This document shows, piece by piece, positions 36,461-44,773 of a stretch of DNA of 64,000 nt. The notes under the pieces are model-generated. The model was not told the DNA's origin. It made no database searches and saw only the letters and a list, made by a program, of their open reading frames with translations. Position 1 is the first letter of the stretch; each line of letters starts with the position of its first letter. The DNA comes from an uncultured Chloroflexia bacterium (GTDB lineage Bacteria; Chloroflexota; Limnocylindria; Limnocylindrales; CSP1-4). Where the stretch lies: NCBI GenBank assembly GCA_963840375.1, contig CAWIYR010000002.1, forward strand, positions 1,024,613 to 1,088,612. The letters run 5' to 3'. The translations under genes and the position numbers were made by a program.

Positions 36461-36466
36461 GACCTC

Positions 36467-37558
36467 ATGACGATCCCGCTCGAGACGATCAGGCGCGCAC
36501 CGAAGGTCCTCCTCCACGACCATCTCGATGGCGGACTGCGGCCGGGGACCATCGTCGAGCTGGCGGCCGCGACCGGCTACGACGGCCTGCCGACCACGGA
36601 CGCCGACGAGCTCGCGGCCTGGATCCGGCGAGGCGCCGACCGCAAGTCGCTCGAGCTCTACCTGGAGACCTTCGCGCACACCGTGGGCGTGATGCAGACC
36701 CCCGAGGCGATCGCCCGGGTCGCCGCGGAATGCGCCGAGGACCTCGCCGCCGACGGCGTCGTCTATGCCGAGGTGCGCTACGCGCCCGAGCTGTCGACCG
36801 AGCGCGGGCTGTCGCTCGACACCGTGGTCGACGCCGCCCGCGAGGGCTTCCGGACCGGCTCGGACCGATCGGCCATCAACGGCCGGCCGATCGTCGTCCG
36901 GCAGCTCGTCACGGCGATGCGCCAGGCGGATCGGGCCCTGGAGATCGCGGAGCTCGCCATCCGCCACCGCGACGAGGGCGTGGTCGGCTTCGACATCGCC
37001 GGGCCGGAGGCCGGCTACCCGCCGGGACGCTTCGCCGAGGCGTTCCACCGACTCACCCACGCCAGCTTCCACCTGACCCTCCACGCCGGCGAGGGCTACG
37101 GGCTGCCGTCGATCCGCGAGGCGATCGACCTCGGGGCCGAGCGCCTCGGGCACGGCGTCCGGATCGTCGACGACATCGAGGTCGGCGCCGGCGGCCACGC
37201 CCGTCTCGGGCGCCTGGCCGCCTATGTCCGGGATCGCCGGATCCCGCTCGAGCTCTGTCCGACGTCGAACGTCCACACCGGGCTCGTGGCCTCGGTCGAG
37301 GAGCATCCGATCGACCTGCTCCGGCGGCTGCGGTTCCGGGTGACGGTGAACACGGACAACCGGCTCATGTCCGGCGTGACCCTGTCGAGCGAGTTCGCGG
37401 CCCTCGATGCCGCCTTCGGCATCGGCCTGGGCGAGATGGAATGGCTCACCCTCAACGCGATGAAGAGCGCCTTCCTGCCGTTCGACGAGCGGCTCCGCCT
37501 CATCGACGAGGTCATCAAGCCGGGCTATGCCCGGTTGCGTCGGGAGGCGGCAGGGTAG
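36467..37558 (+). CDS. add: Adenosine deaminase
   Basis: [34 protein letters not shown]. Confidence 0.9.
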   Translation: MTIPLETIRRAPKVLLHDHLDGGLRPGTIVELAAATGYDGLPTTDADELAAWIRRGADRKSLELYLETFAHTVGVMQTPEAIARVAAECAEDLAADGVVYAEVRYAPELSTERGLSLDTVVDAAREGFRTGSDRSAINGRPIVVRQLVTAMRQADRALEIAELAIRHRDEGVVGFDIAGPEAGYPPGRFAEAFHRLTHASFHLTLHAGEGYGLPSIREAIDLGAERLGHGVRIVDDIEVGAGGHARLGRLAAYVRDRRIPLELCPTSNVHTGLVASVEEHPIDLLRRLRFRVTVNTDNRLMSGVTLSSEFAALDAAFGIGLGEMEWLTLNAMKSAFLPFDERLRLIDEVIKPGYARLRREAAG

Positions 37559-37566
37559 GCGGACCG

Positions 37567-38220
37567 ATGGAGGCCACGGTCACGCCGGAGCGCCGCGCCA
37601 AGATGACCCCGAAGATCATCCTGGAGGGGACCCGGCTCACCCACAAGACCGACGTCGCGTTCGCCCTGAACGAGCATCCCCGGATCGTCGGGCCCCGGCG
37701 CTATCGGTACCACTCGCCGCTCATCTCGGCCGAGTGGTGCGGCTTCAGCCCGTTCCCGTGGGGTCGCGGGCCGATCGACTACGACCTCGACCAGGAGCCC
37801 CAGGCGATGGAGACGTACGCGACATGGGCGCGGCTGTTCGAACTCCAGCGCTACTACAGCTGGATCGTCGACCGGTTCCACCTGTCGACCCGGGCCTTCC
37901 AGCTCCGCGAGCGGGGGAGGGAGGTCGACTTCGACTGGCTCGAGGAACGGCTCCTGCCCCTGGGCTTCCACGTCGCCCTGCTCGTCCGGCGCCCGGAGAC
38001 GTTCGAGGCGGCCCGGGCGGAGCGCCTCACGGTCTCGGGGAAGCCAGCGCAGTACGACGACCTCGGCGCGTTCATCGCCGAGCAGGAGCTCCTCAGGAGC
38101 CTGGCCGCGACGTCGCGGCTGCCGGTCCGCGAGTTCGACCTCAGCGACGACGACGTCGCCGCGGCCTGTGAGCGGATCGCCGATTGGCTCGAGAGCGACG
38201 GCGGCCTCTGGGCACCGTGA
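37567..38220 (+). CDS. Hypothetical protein; deoxynucleoside-kinase-like layout with a degenerate Walker A
   Basis: Real part of ORF 36730..38220, from ATG 37567. KIILEGTRLTHKTD stands where dNK-type kinases have IxxEGxxGxGKT(T). IVDRFHLST is ERS-like. 8 nt downstream of add. Confidence 0.6.
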   Translation: MEATVTPERRAKMTPKIILEGTRLTHKTDVAFALNEHPRIVGPRRYRYHSPLISAEWCGFSPFPWGRGPIDYDLDQEPQAMETYATWARLFELQRYYSWIVDRFHLSTRAFQLRERGREVDFDWLEERLLPLGFHVALLVRRPETFEAARAERLTVSGKPAQYDDLGAFIAEQELLRSLAATSRLPVREFDLSDDDVAAACERIADWLESDGGLWAP

Positions 38221-38243
38221 CGTCGACGGTGTACGGTGCCGGG

Positions 38244-38468
38244 ATGGCGAAGCCGAGCAAGCTCCGACAGGCCCGGACCCCGGACCCGGCGACGGACCGC
38301 CCGGGCGGTCCGGTGGACGACGCGGGATCGCTCGTGTTCGTGGCGGGGAACCAGAATGCGAGCGGCTACCCGCAGGGCATCGTGGTCGTGGTGGTCATCT
38401 ACGTCCTGGTCCGGCTCGCCGGGCTCCTGCTCCGCTTCCTCCGCAGTGGCGGACCGGCCCGGTCCTGA
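38244..38468 (+). CDS. Small single-pass membrane protein, hypothetical
   Basis: MAKPSKLRQ...GIVVVVVIYVLVRLAGLLLRFL. High GC3. ORF 38184..38468 trimmed to ATG 38244. Confidence 0.4.
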   Translation: MAKPSKLRQARTPDPATDRPGGPVDDAGSLVFVAGNQNASGYPQGIVVVVVIYVLVRLAGLLLRFLRSGGPARS

Positions 38469-38529
38469 TCCCCGATCGCAGCCGGACGTCCGACCGGCCC
38501 GGTGCGCTCGGCCGGCCCGCCGGCCGTGG

Positions 38530-39813
38530 TCAGGCCGGAGTCGCCTCCGCTGACTCGACCGTCGTCGGCAGGGCATCGAGGAGTGGATCGGTCCAGGCCC
38601 AGGCCGCCCCGTGGTGCCGGCCGACGGCCCCGTGGCGGGCCGCCTCGACCCGGAGCGGCAGGCCGAAGATCTCGATGAAGCCGACGGCCGCAGCGTGGTC
38701 GAAGGCGTCCCCCTCGTCGTAGGTCGCCAGGGCGCGGTCGTACAGCGAGAGCGGCGAGCGTCGTCCCACGAGGACCGCCGAGCCGTGGTCGAGCCGGATC
38801 CGGGCCTCGCCGCTCACGACCCGTTGCGACGAGGCGACGTAGCCTCGCAGGTCGCGGTGGAGGGCGCTGAACCAGAGCCCGTCGTAGGTGAGCTGGGCGA
38901 GCTCGTCGGCCACGAGCCGGTCGAAGCGGAGGGTGTCCTTCGTGAGGGTGAGTCCCTCGAGGGCCCGGTGGGCCGTGTGCAGGACCGTGGCCGCGGGCGT
39001 CTCGTAGATCTCCCGGCTCTTGATCCCGACGAGGCGATCCTCGACGTGGTCGATCCGGCCGACCCCATGCGTCCCCGCGAGGGTGTGGAGCCGGTCGACC
39101 AGCGCGACCGGATCGAGTCGCTCTCCGTCGAGGGCGACGGGGATCCCGCCTTCGAACCCGATCGTGACCTCGACCGGGGCCGGGGCGTCGCCCGGCGCGA
39201 CCGTCCACTCGTAGGCGTCGGCCGGGGGCGCCGTCCAGGGGTCCTCGAGGACGCCCGTCTCGCACGAGCGCCCCCACAGGTTCACGTCGATCGAGTACGG
39301 CGAGCTCTTCGTGATCGGGATCTCGATCCCCCGGGCGATCGCGTAGTCGATCTCCTGGTCACGGGAGAGGCCCATCCCGACCCGCATCGGGGCGATCACC
39401 TCCAGGCCCGGGTCGAGGGCGTGGACGGCCACGTCGAAGCGGACCTGGTCGTTGCCCTTGCCGGTGCAGCCGTGGGCGACCGCGTCGGCCCCCTCGCGCT
39501 GGGCGACCTCGACGAGGAGCTGGGCGATGAGCGGGCGGGCGAGCGCGGTGGCCAGCGGATAGGCGCCCTGGTAGAGGGCCCCGGCCTGGAGATGCGGCCA
39601 GACGAAGTCGGTGACGAACCGCTCCCGGGCATCGACCACGTAGGCCTTCGTCGCGCCCGCGCTCATCGCCCGGCGCTCGACGCCGTGGCGCAACGATCCG
39701 CCGCCCAGGTCGATGGTCAGGGTGACGACCTCGACGTCGAACTGCTCCCTGAGCCAGGCGACGGCGACCGAGGTGTCCAGCCCGCCCGAGTAGGCGAGGA
39801 CGACCTTGTTCAT
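38530..39813 (-). CDS. argG: Argininosuccinate synthase
   Basis: VVLAYSGGLDTSVAV, HGCTGKGNDQVRF, SIDVNLWGRS. Confidence 0.9.
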   Translation of the reverse strand: MNKVVLAYSGGLDTSVAVAWLREQFDVEVVTLTIDLGGGSLRHGVERRAMSAGATKAYVVDARERFVTDFVWPHLQAGALYQGAYPLATALARPLIAQLLVEVAQREGADAVAHGCTGKGNDQVRFDVAVHALDPGLEVIAPMRVGMGLSRDQEIDYAIARGIEIPITKSSPYSIDVNLWGRSCETGVLEDPWTAPPADAYEWTVAPGDAPAPVEVTIGFEGGIPVALDGERLDPVALVDRLHTLAGTHGVGRIDHVEDRLVGIKSREIYETPAATVLHTAHRALEGLTLTKDTLRFDRLVADELAQLTYDGLWFSALHRDLRGYVASSQRVVSGEARIRLDHGSAVLVGRRSPLSLYDRALATYDEGDAFDHAAAVGFIEIFGLPLRVEAARHGAVGRHHGAAWAWTDPLLDALPTTVESAEATPA

Positions 39814-40379
39814 GCGAGTGCCTCCGGAGATGGGTGGGTCGATGACGGGGAGAAGGCCGCGCCGCCGGCGCTCGAGATCGGGCCGGGCGTCGCACTGGCG
39901 GCGGCCTGGATCGCCCGGAACCGGTCGAGCCAGCGCTCGAGGCGGACCTCGTCGGCGAACAGGACGAGCAGCGTGTTGTCGCCGGCGAGCGTTCCCTCCT
40001 GCTCGGTCAGCGGCGAGTCGTCGATCGCCTGGGCGATCGACGAGGCCGTGCCCGGTGTCCCGATGAGCAGGAGGATGAGCCCGCTCCGGCCGACGGTCAC
40101 CGGGATGTCGGCGAGCAGCCGGCGGAGCCGCTCATCGGAGGCCGGGACCCGCACCGCGAGGTCCTCCGGCGCGACGTAGACGTGGCGCTCGCCCCGCGAG
40201 ACCTTCACCAGACCGAGCTCCGCGATGTCCCGGCTCACGGTGGCCTGGGTCACCGCGAAGCCCCGCCGGCCGAGCTCGTCGGCCAGCTCGCCCTGGCTGC
40301 CGATCGACGTCCGGGCGACGATCTCGCGGATGACCCGCTGGCGGTCGTGGCGCGTCCCGGCCGAGGTCCCGTTGCGCAT
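39810..40379 (-). CDS. argR: Arginine repressor
   Basis: Winged-helix N-domain ELADELGRRGFAVTQATVSRDIAELGLVK. C-domain with TLAGDNTLLVLF. ATGA overlap with argG. Confidence 0.85.
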   Translation of the reverse strand: MRNGTSAGTRHDRQRVIREIVARTSIGSQGELADELGRRGFAVTQATVSRDIAELGLVKVSRGERHVYVAPEDLAVRVPASDERLRRLLADIPVTVGRSGLILLLIGTPGTASSIAQAIDDSPLTEQEGTLAGDNTLLVLFADEVRLERWLDRFRAIQAAASATPGPISSAGGAAFSPSSTHPSPEALA

Positions 40380-40389
40380 CCTCCCGGCC

Positions 40390-41178
40390 TCAGGCGGCCC
40401 CGACCCGGGGCGATCGGCCGGCGGTCAGCCGGGTCCCGAACGTCGGGTCGTCGAGGGCCCGGGCGAGGGCATCGGGCGCCGAGGCGTCGGCGATGATCGC
40501 CTCGGCCCCGTCCCAGCCGAGCGCGGCCAGGGCCGCCCGGATCTTCGGGACCATCCCGCCGGCGATCGTGCCGTCGGCGATGAGGGCCTCGGCCTCGCCC
40601 ACGGTCAGCGTGTCGAGCCGGCCGCCGGCCGCGTCCCGGACGCCATCGACGTCGGTCAGGAGGACCAGCTGACGGGCACCCAGCCCCGCCGCGATCCCGG
40701 CCGCCACGTCGTCGGCATTGACGTTGCAGACGATGCCCTCCTCATCGCGGGCGAGCGGCGCCACGACCGGGACCTGTCCGCCGACGAGGAGCGAGTCGAG
40801 CAGGTCGCGGCGCAGTCCCACCACGTGCGCGACCAGGCCCATCCCCGGCACCCGCTCGGCGATGAGCAGGCCGCCGTCCACCCCGGAGAGGCCGACCGCG
40901 TCGACGCCCAGGTCGCGCAGGCCGGCGACGAGTTCGCTGTTGACGACCCCGCGGAGGACGGCGGCCGCCACCTCCAGCGAGGCGGCATCGGTGACCCGGA
41001 GACCACCCTCGAAGCGCGAGGGCACGCCGAGCCGCTCGAGCCACTCGCTGATCCGCTTGCCGCCCCCGTGGACGAGGACGACCGGCCGGCGTCGGGCGAC
41101 CGCGGCGACCTCCACCAGGACCTGGCGCTGGTCGGCGATGGTCGTCCCGCCCAGCTTGACGACCAGTACCTCACTCAT
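40390..41178 (-). CDS. argB: Acetylglutamate kinase
   Basis: VLVVKLGGTTI, VVLVHGGGKRI, NVNADDVAAGIA. Confidence 0.85.
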   Translation of the reverse strand: MSEVLVVKLGGTTIADQRQVLVEVAAVARRRPVVLVHGGGKRISEWLERLGVPSRFEGGLRVTDAASLEVAAAVLRGVVNSELVAGLRDLGVDAVGLSGVDGGLLIAERVPGMGLVAHVVGLRRDLLDSLLVGGQVPVVAPLARDEEGIVCNVNADDVAAGIAAGLGARQLVLLTDVDGVRDAAGGRLDTLTVGEAEALIADGTIAGGMVPKIRAALAALGWDGAEAIIADASAPDALARALDDPTFGTRLTAGRSPRVGAA

Positions 41179-41200
41179 CGGTCGGCGCCGACGAGGCAGG

Positions 41201-42604
41201 TCATGTCGTGTACTCCGAGTTCTCGATCACGTAGGCCTCCGTGAGGTCGCAGCCGAAGGCCTCGCCCGACCCGTCGCCGAGACCGAGCTCGAGTCGGAAG
41301 AGGACCTCCGGGGCATCCATCGCGACGCGAGCCGCCGCCCGGTCGAACACCGCCGGCCCGCCGGCCGGCCCGTCGAAGACGAGATGGCCGGCGATCGCGA
41401 CCCGGAGGCGTGAAGGGTCGACGGTGGCCGGTCCGCCCGCCCGCGTCCGGGCCGCCTCCGGTGACAGGCCGCCCGCCTCGAGGACGGCGGCATCGGCCAG
41501 CCGGGCGTTGCCGGCGGCGCCGACGATCCGGCCCCAGTTCGGATCGCGCCCGTGGGCCGCCGCCTTGACCAGGCTGCTCGAGACCACGGCCCGGGCCACC
41601 GCCCGGGCATCGGCGTCGTCGACGGCCCCGGAGACCTGGCAGGTCACGAGCGTCGTGGCACCCTCCCCGTCGGCGGCCTGCTGACGGGCCAGGTCCCGGG
41701 CCACGGCCTCCAGGGCCGCACCGAGGAGCGCCGCCGCCTCGCTCCCGGGCTCGACCGGCGCGGCCCCGGCGGTGCCCGAGGCGAGGACGAAGACCGTGTC
41801 GTTGGTGCTCGTGTCGCCGTCGACGCTGAGCTGGTCCCAGGTCCGGGCGACGGCCGGTCGGAGCAGCCCGTGGAGGACGACCGGCTCGACCGTCGCGTCG
41901 GTCAGCACGATCGCCAGCATCGTCGCCATCCGGGGATGGATCATCCCGACGCCCTTGGCGATCCCGGTCACCCGGACCTCGACCGGCGAACCGTCCGGGC
42001 CCGGCAGCACGAGGGCGACGGTGGCCGACTTCGTCCGCGAATCGGTGGTCCGGAGCGCGACGGCGGCGGCCTCGAGCCCCGCCTCGGTGGCTTCGAGCCC
42101 GTGCGGGACGAGGGTCTCCAGGCCGGTCCGGACCCGATCGAGCGGAAGGCGGGTCCCGATGACGCCGGTCGACAGGAGCAGCGTCCGCTCGACCTCGATC
42201 CCCGCGACCCCGGCCAGCGCGCGGGCGACCTCGAGCTGGTCGGCGTCGCCCGCCGGACCCGTCGCCGCGTTCGCGCAGCCGCTCGTCGAGACCACGGCGT
42301 CCGCCCAGCCGTAGCGACCGTACCCTCGCGGCGCGGTCGCGGCGAGATGGGCCTGGGACAGCCGGACGGGAGCCGCCGCGAAGGCATTCGGGGTGAAGAC
42401 CGCCGCGGCGGCGGCCGGACCGCCGACGGTCCGGACCACGGCCAGGTCCGGTCGTCCGGATGCCTTGATCCCGGCGGTGGCGCCGCCGGCGACGAAGCCG
42501 GCAGGGACCGTTGTCCGTCGTTCGACCGGGGGCAGGGTGCTCGGGAGCGGGTCGCCGATGGCCGCGCCCGGGTCGCTGGTCCGTTCGGAGGCCTGCGTCG
42601 TCAC
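41201..42604 (-). CDS. argJ: Bifunctional glutamate N-acetyltransferase / amino-acid acetyltransferase
   Basis: Real part of ORF 41201..43693. GTG 42604 overlaps the argC stop (GTGA). PAGFVAGGATAGIK, autoprocessing site PRMATMLAIVLTDA, C-terminal ENSEYTT. Confidence 0.85.
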   Translation of the reverse strand: MTTQASERTSDPGAAIGDPLPSTLPPVERRTTVPAGFVAGGATAGIKASGRPDLAVVRTVGGPAAAAAVFTPNAFAAAPVRLSQAHLAATAPRGYGRYGWADAVVSTSGCANAATGPAGDADQLEVARALAGVAGIEVERTLLLSTGVIGTRLPLDRVRTGLETLVPHGLEATEAGLEAAAVALRTTDSRTKSATVALVLPGPDGSPVEVRVTGIAKGVGMIHPRMATMLAIVLTDATVEPVVLHGLLRPAVARTWDQLSVDGDTSTNDTVFVLASGTAGAAPVEPGSEAAALLGAALEAVARDLARQQAADGEGATTLVTCQVSGAVDDADARAVARAVVSSSLVKAAAHGRDPNWGRIVGAAGNARLADAAVLEAGGLSPEAARTRAGGPATVDPSRLRVAIAGHLVFDGPAGGPAVFDRAAARVAMDAPEVLFRLELGLGDGSGEAFGCDLTEAYVIENSEYTT

Positions 42605-43713
42605 GGCGCGAGCGGGTGCTGCTCGAGCCCCAGCGTCTCGGGCAGGCGATGGACGAGGTTGAAGGCCTGGATCGCCTGGCCGGCGGCCCCCTTGACGAGG
42701 TTGTCGATCACCCCGATCGCGACGATCCGTCCGGACCGGGGCTCGTACCGGACGTGGACCCGGGCGAAGTTGCTGCCGTGGACGTGGCGCGTCGCCGGAG
42801 CGCTCCCGACGACGTCGACGAACGGCTCGTCGGCATAGGCCGCGGCGTAGATCGCGTCGAGGTCGGCCTGGTCGATCGAGCGGCTCGGCCGGACGTGGCA
42901 GGTCGAGTGGATGCCGCGGTTCATCGGGATGAGGTGGGGCAGGAAGTCGACCCCGCTCGCTCCCGGGTTCGCGCCCCCGGCCAGCTCGGCTTCGGCGGTC
43001 AGGCCGGCCAGCTCCTGCTCGATCTCGGCGACGTGCCGATGGCCGCCGAGGCCGTAGGCGCGGACGCTCTCGTTGACCTCGCCGAAATGGAGCTCCGCCT
43101 TCGGATCGCGACCGGCGCCGGAGACGCCACTCTTCGCGTCGACGACGAGGTCGCCGATCAACCCGCTCCAGGCGAGCGGCGCGAGGGCGAGCAGGGTGGC
43201 GGTGGGATAGCAGCCCGGCGACCCGACGATCCGGACCGGCGCCTCGGCGAGCCGGCCGAGGTCGCGGCGGTGGAACTCCGGGAGCCCGTAGACCGCCTTC
43301 GCGAGGAGCTCGGGATGGGGATGCTCGAACCCGTACCAGCGCGGATAGTCGGCCGGGTCGTGCAGACGGAAGTCGGGCCCGAGGTCGATCACCGTGGCGC
43401 CGGTCGTCACGATCCCCGGGACGAGGTCCGCGGCGACGCCGTGGGGCAGGGCCAGGAAGATGGCATCCGCATCGGGCACCTCGGCGTCGACGAGGTGCGG
43501 GGTCGTCGCAAGGTGCGGGTGGATCGAGCCGACCGGCTCGTCGTCGCGCCCTCGGCCCACGAGCCCGACGATCTGGACGGCCGGATGCCGGTCGAGGAGG
43601 CGGACGAGCTCGGCGCCGACGTAGCCCGTCGCCCCGATGACCGCCACGCGGATCGGAGGAAGGGCGCCAGGCCGGCGATCCGCCTCGGCCCACGCCTCGA
43701 GGTCCGCGCTCAC
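42601..43713 (-). CDS. argC: N-acetyl-gamma-glutamyl-phosphate reductase
   Basis: RVAVIGATGYVGAEL, catalytic Cys in GSPGCYPTA. Start set to GTG 43713, because ATG 43794 lies inside a promoter/operator-like AT-rich element and the codons between have poor GC3. The start remains uncertain. Confidence 0.8.
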   Translation of the reverse strand: MSADLEAWAEADRRPGALPPIRVAVIGATGYVGAELVRLLDRHPAVQIVGLVGRGRDDEPVGSIHPHLATTPHLVDAEVPDADAIFLALPHGVAADLVPGIVTTGATVIDLGPDFRLHDPADYPRWYGFEHPHPELLAKAVYGLPEFHRRDLGRLAEAPVRIVGSPGCYPTATLLALAPLAWSGLIGDLVVDAKSGVSGAGRDPKAELHFGEVNESVRAYGLGGHRHVAEIEQELAGLTAEAELAGGANPGASGVDFLPHLIPMNRGIHSTCHVRPSRSIDQADLDAIYAAAYADEPFVDVVGSAPATRHVHGSNFARVHVRYEPRSGRIVAIGVIDNLVKGAAGQAIQAFNLVHRLPETLGLEQHPLAP

Positions 43714-43778
43714 GGGCGCGCGTGGCCGCTCACAGGCGGCCGTCTCGTCTCGCGGTCGGGGTGGATCGCCGTCATGGT

Positions 43779-43814
43779 CCGCATGACTATACATTGGCCT
43801 GCATAGTCATGCAA
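43779..43814 (-). promoter_or_regulatory. Candidate arg operon promoter (TTGCAT-17 nt-TATAGT) overlapped by two tandem ARG-box-like palindromes
   Basis: The minus strand reads TTGCATgactATGCAG gcca ATGTATagtcATGCGG. Box 1 fits TTGCAT-N4-ATGCAA with 1 mismatch. The -35 is 43814..43809 and the -10 is 43791..43786. A perfect 10-bp inverted repeat gcatgactat/atagtcatgc is present. Confidence 0.55.
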
Positions 43815-44100
43815 GGGCTGGACGCAGCGGCGTGCCACGGCTTGCCACGGGGCCATGGGGACCGCGCCGGGACGTGACGTTCGTGGCGACCTCACCCGGC
43901 GTGCCGCGCCCCGAAGACACGCCCCGGGGATCTTGTCAGGTGCCCACCACCCGGTCGTTCGTCAGCGGGATCGTGGTCGCGATGCCGATCGCCGGGCTGG
44001 ATCATCCCGCCGTCAGCGTGGCGCGGGATGGTTTGCCGTCGCGAGAGGGTTCTGATCGGGCCGAGCGGTGACGAGTGCTCGCCTGATGGGCGTATGTCAA

Positions 44101-44159
44101 GACCGGGCCCCGACGCCGCCGACCGGCCCCGACGCCGCCGACCGGGCCCCGACGCCACC
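44101..44159. repeat. Three tandem copies of a 19-20-nt unit gaccgg(g)ccccgacgcc(g/a)cc
   Basis: Copies at 44101-44120, 44121-44139 and 44140-44159 in a 385-nt region without a convincing ORF, just 3' of the OsmC gene. Confidence 0.8.
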
Positions 44160-44199
44160 GGCCGCCCGTGCCCGGCGCCCCTCGCCAGGGCCTCCGGCC

Positions 44200-44694
44200 T
44201 CAGTCGGGGAGGACGTCCGGTCGCTGGTACGGGCCGGTGACGATGACCTCGCCGCTCGTGTCGAATGGCTCGGAGCCGGTCCCGATCACCCGGTAGCCGT
44301 GGTGGACCTCGGTCGCCCCGGCCGAGATCATCGCGCTGACCGGGCAGTACTTCGTGGCCGACAGCTCGATGCAGCGCCGGATGGCCGCCTCGCTGACGCC
44401 GGGTCCCTCGACCTCGTGGACGACCTCGACCCGGGTCAGCACCTGGGGATATTCGTCGCGCTGTTCGGCCCGGACCCGGATCTCGTAGCGGGTGAAGTCC
44501 TGGCGCTTCTTGAGGGCGATCGAGACGACGTCCATCGCGCTGCACGCGGCCAGGGCGGCGACGACGATCTCGACCGGGCTGAGCTCCTCCTCGTCGGCCG
44601 CGTCCCCGAAGACCGGGTGTCGTCCGGTGCCGGTGGTCGCCTCGAAGCGCATCTCACCCCGATGGCGGAGGGTCGCGGTCCGGATCGTGGTCAT
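44200..44694 (-). CDS. OsmC/Ohr-family peroxiredoxin-like protein
   Basis: ORF 44200..45240 trimmed to MTTIRTATL (ATG 44694, AGGAG upstream). Two conserved Cys contexts: VVAALAACSAMDV and SATKYCPVSAM. Confidence 0.8.
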   Translation of the reverse strand: MTTIRTATLRHRGEMRFEATTGTGRHPVFGDAADEEELSPVEIVVAALAACSAMDVVSIALKKRQDFTRYEIRVRAEQRDEYPQVLTRVEVVHEVEGPGVSEAAIRRCIELSATKYCPVSAMISAGATEVHHGYRVIGTGSEPFDTSGEVIVTGPYQRPDVLPD

Positions 44695-44773
44695 GACGGT
44701 CTCGCTCCTGGGACGCCTCGTGATCGTGGATGGGCCCGTCGAGGCGACGGGCGATCGGCTGTCCGGCCGCCGC

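Noticed and set aside
43792-43794. ATG 43794 as the argC start (as in the ORF track)
   Set aside because: It lies in the spacer of the TTGCAT-17-TATAGT promoter/ARG-box element. The following ~27 codons have atypically low GC3 (TAT, AGT, CAT, CCA, CGA). It is kept as an alternative only.
43832-44071. 79-aa and overlapping ORFs in the arg/OsmC gap
   Set aside because: No SD or promoter context, junk-like composition, and no recognisable family.
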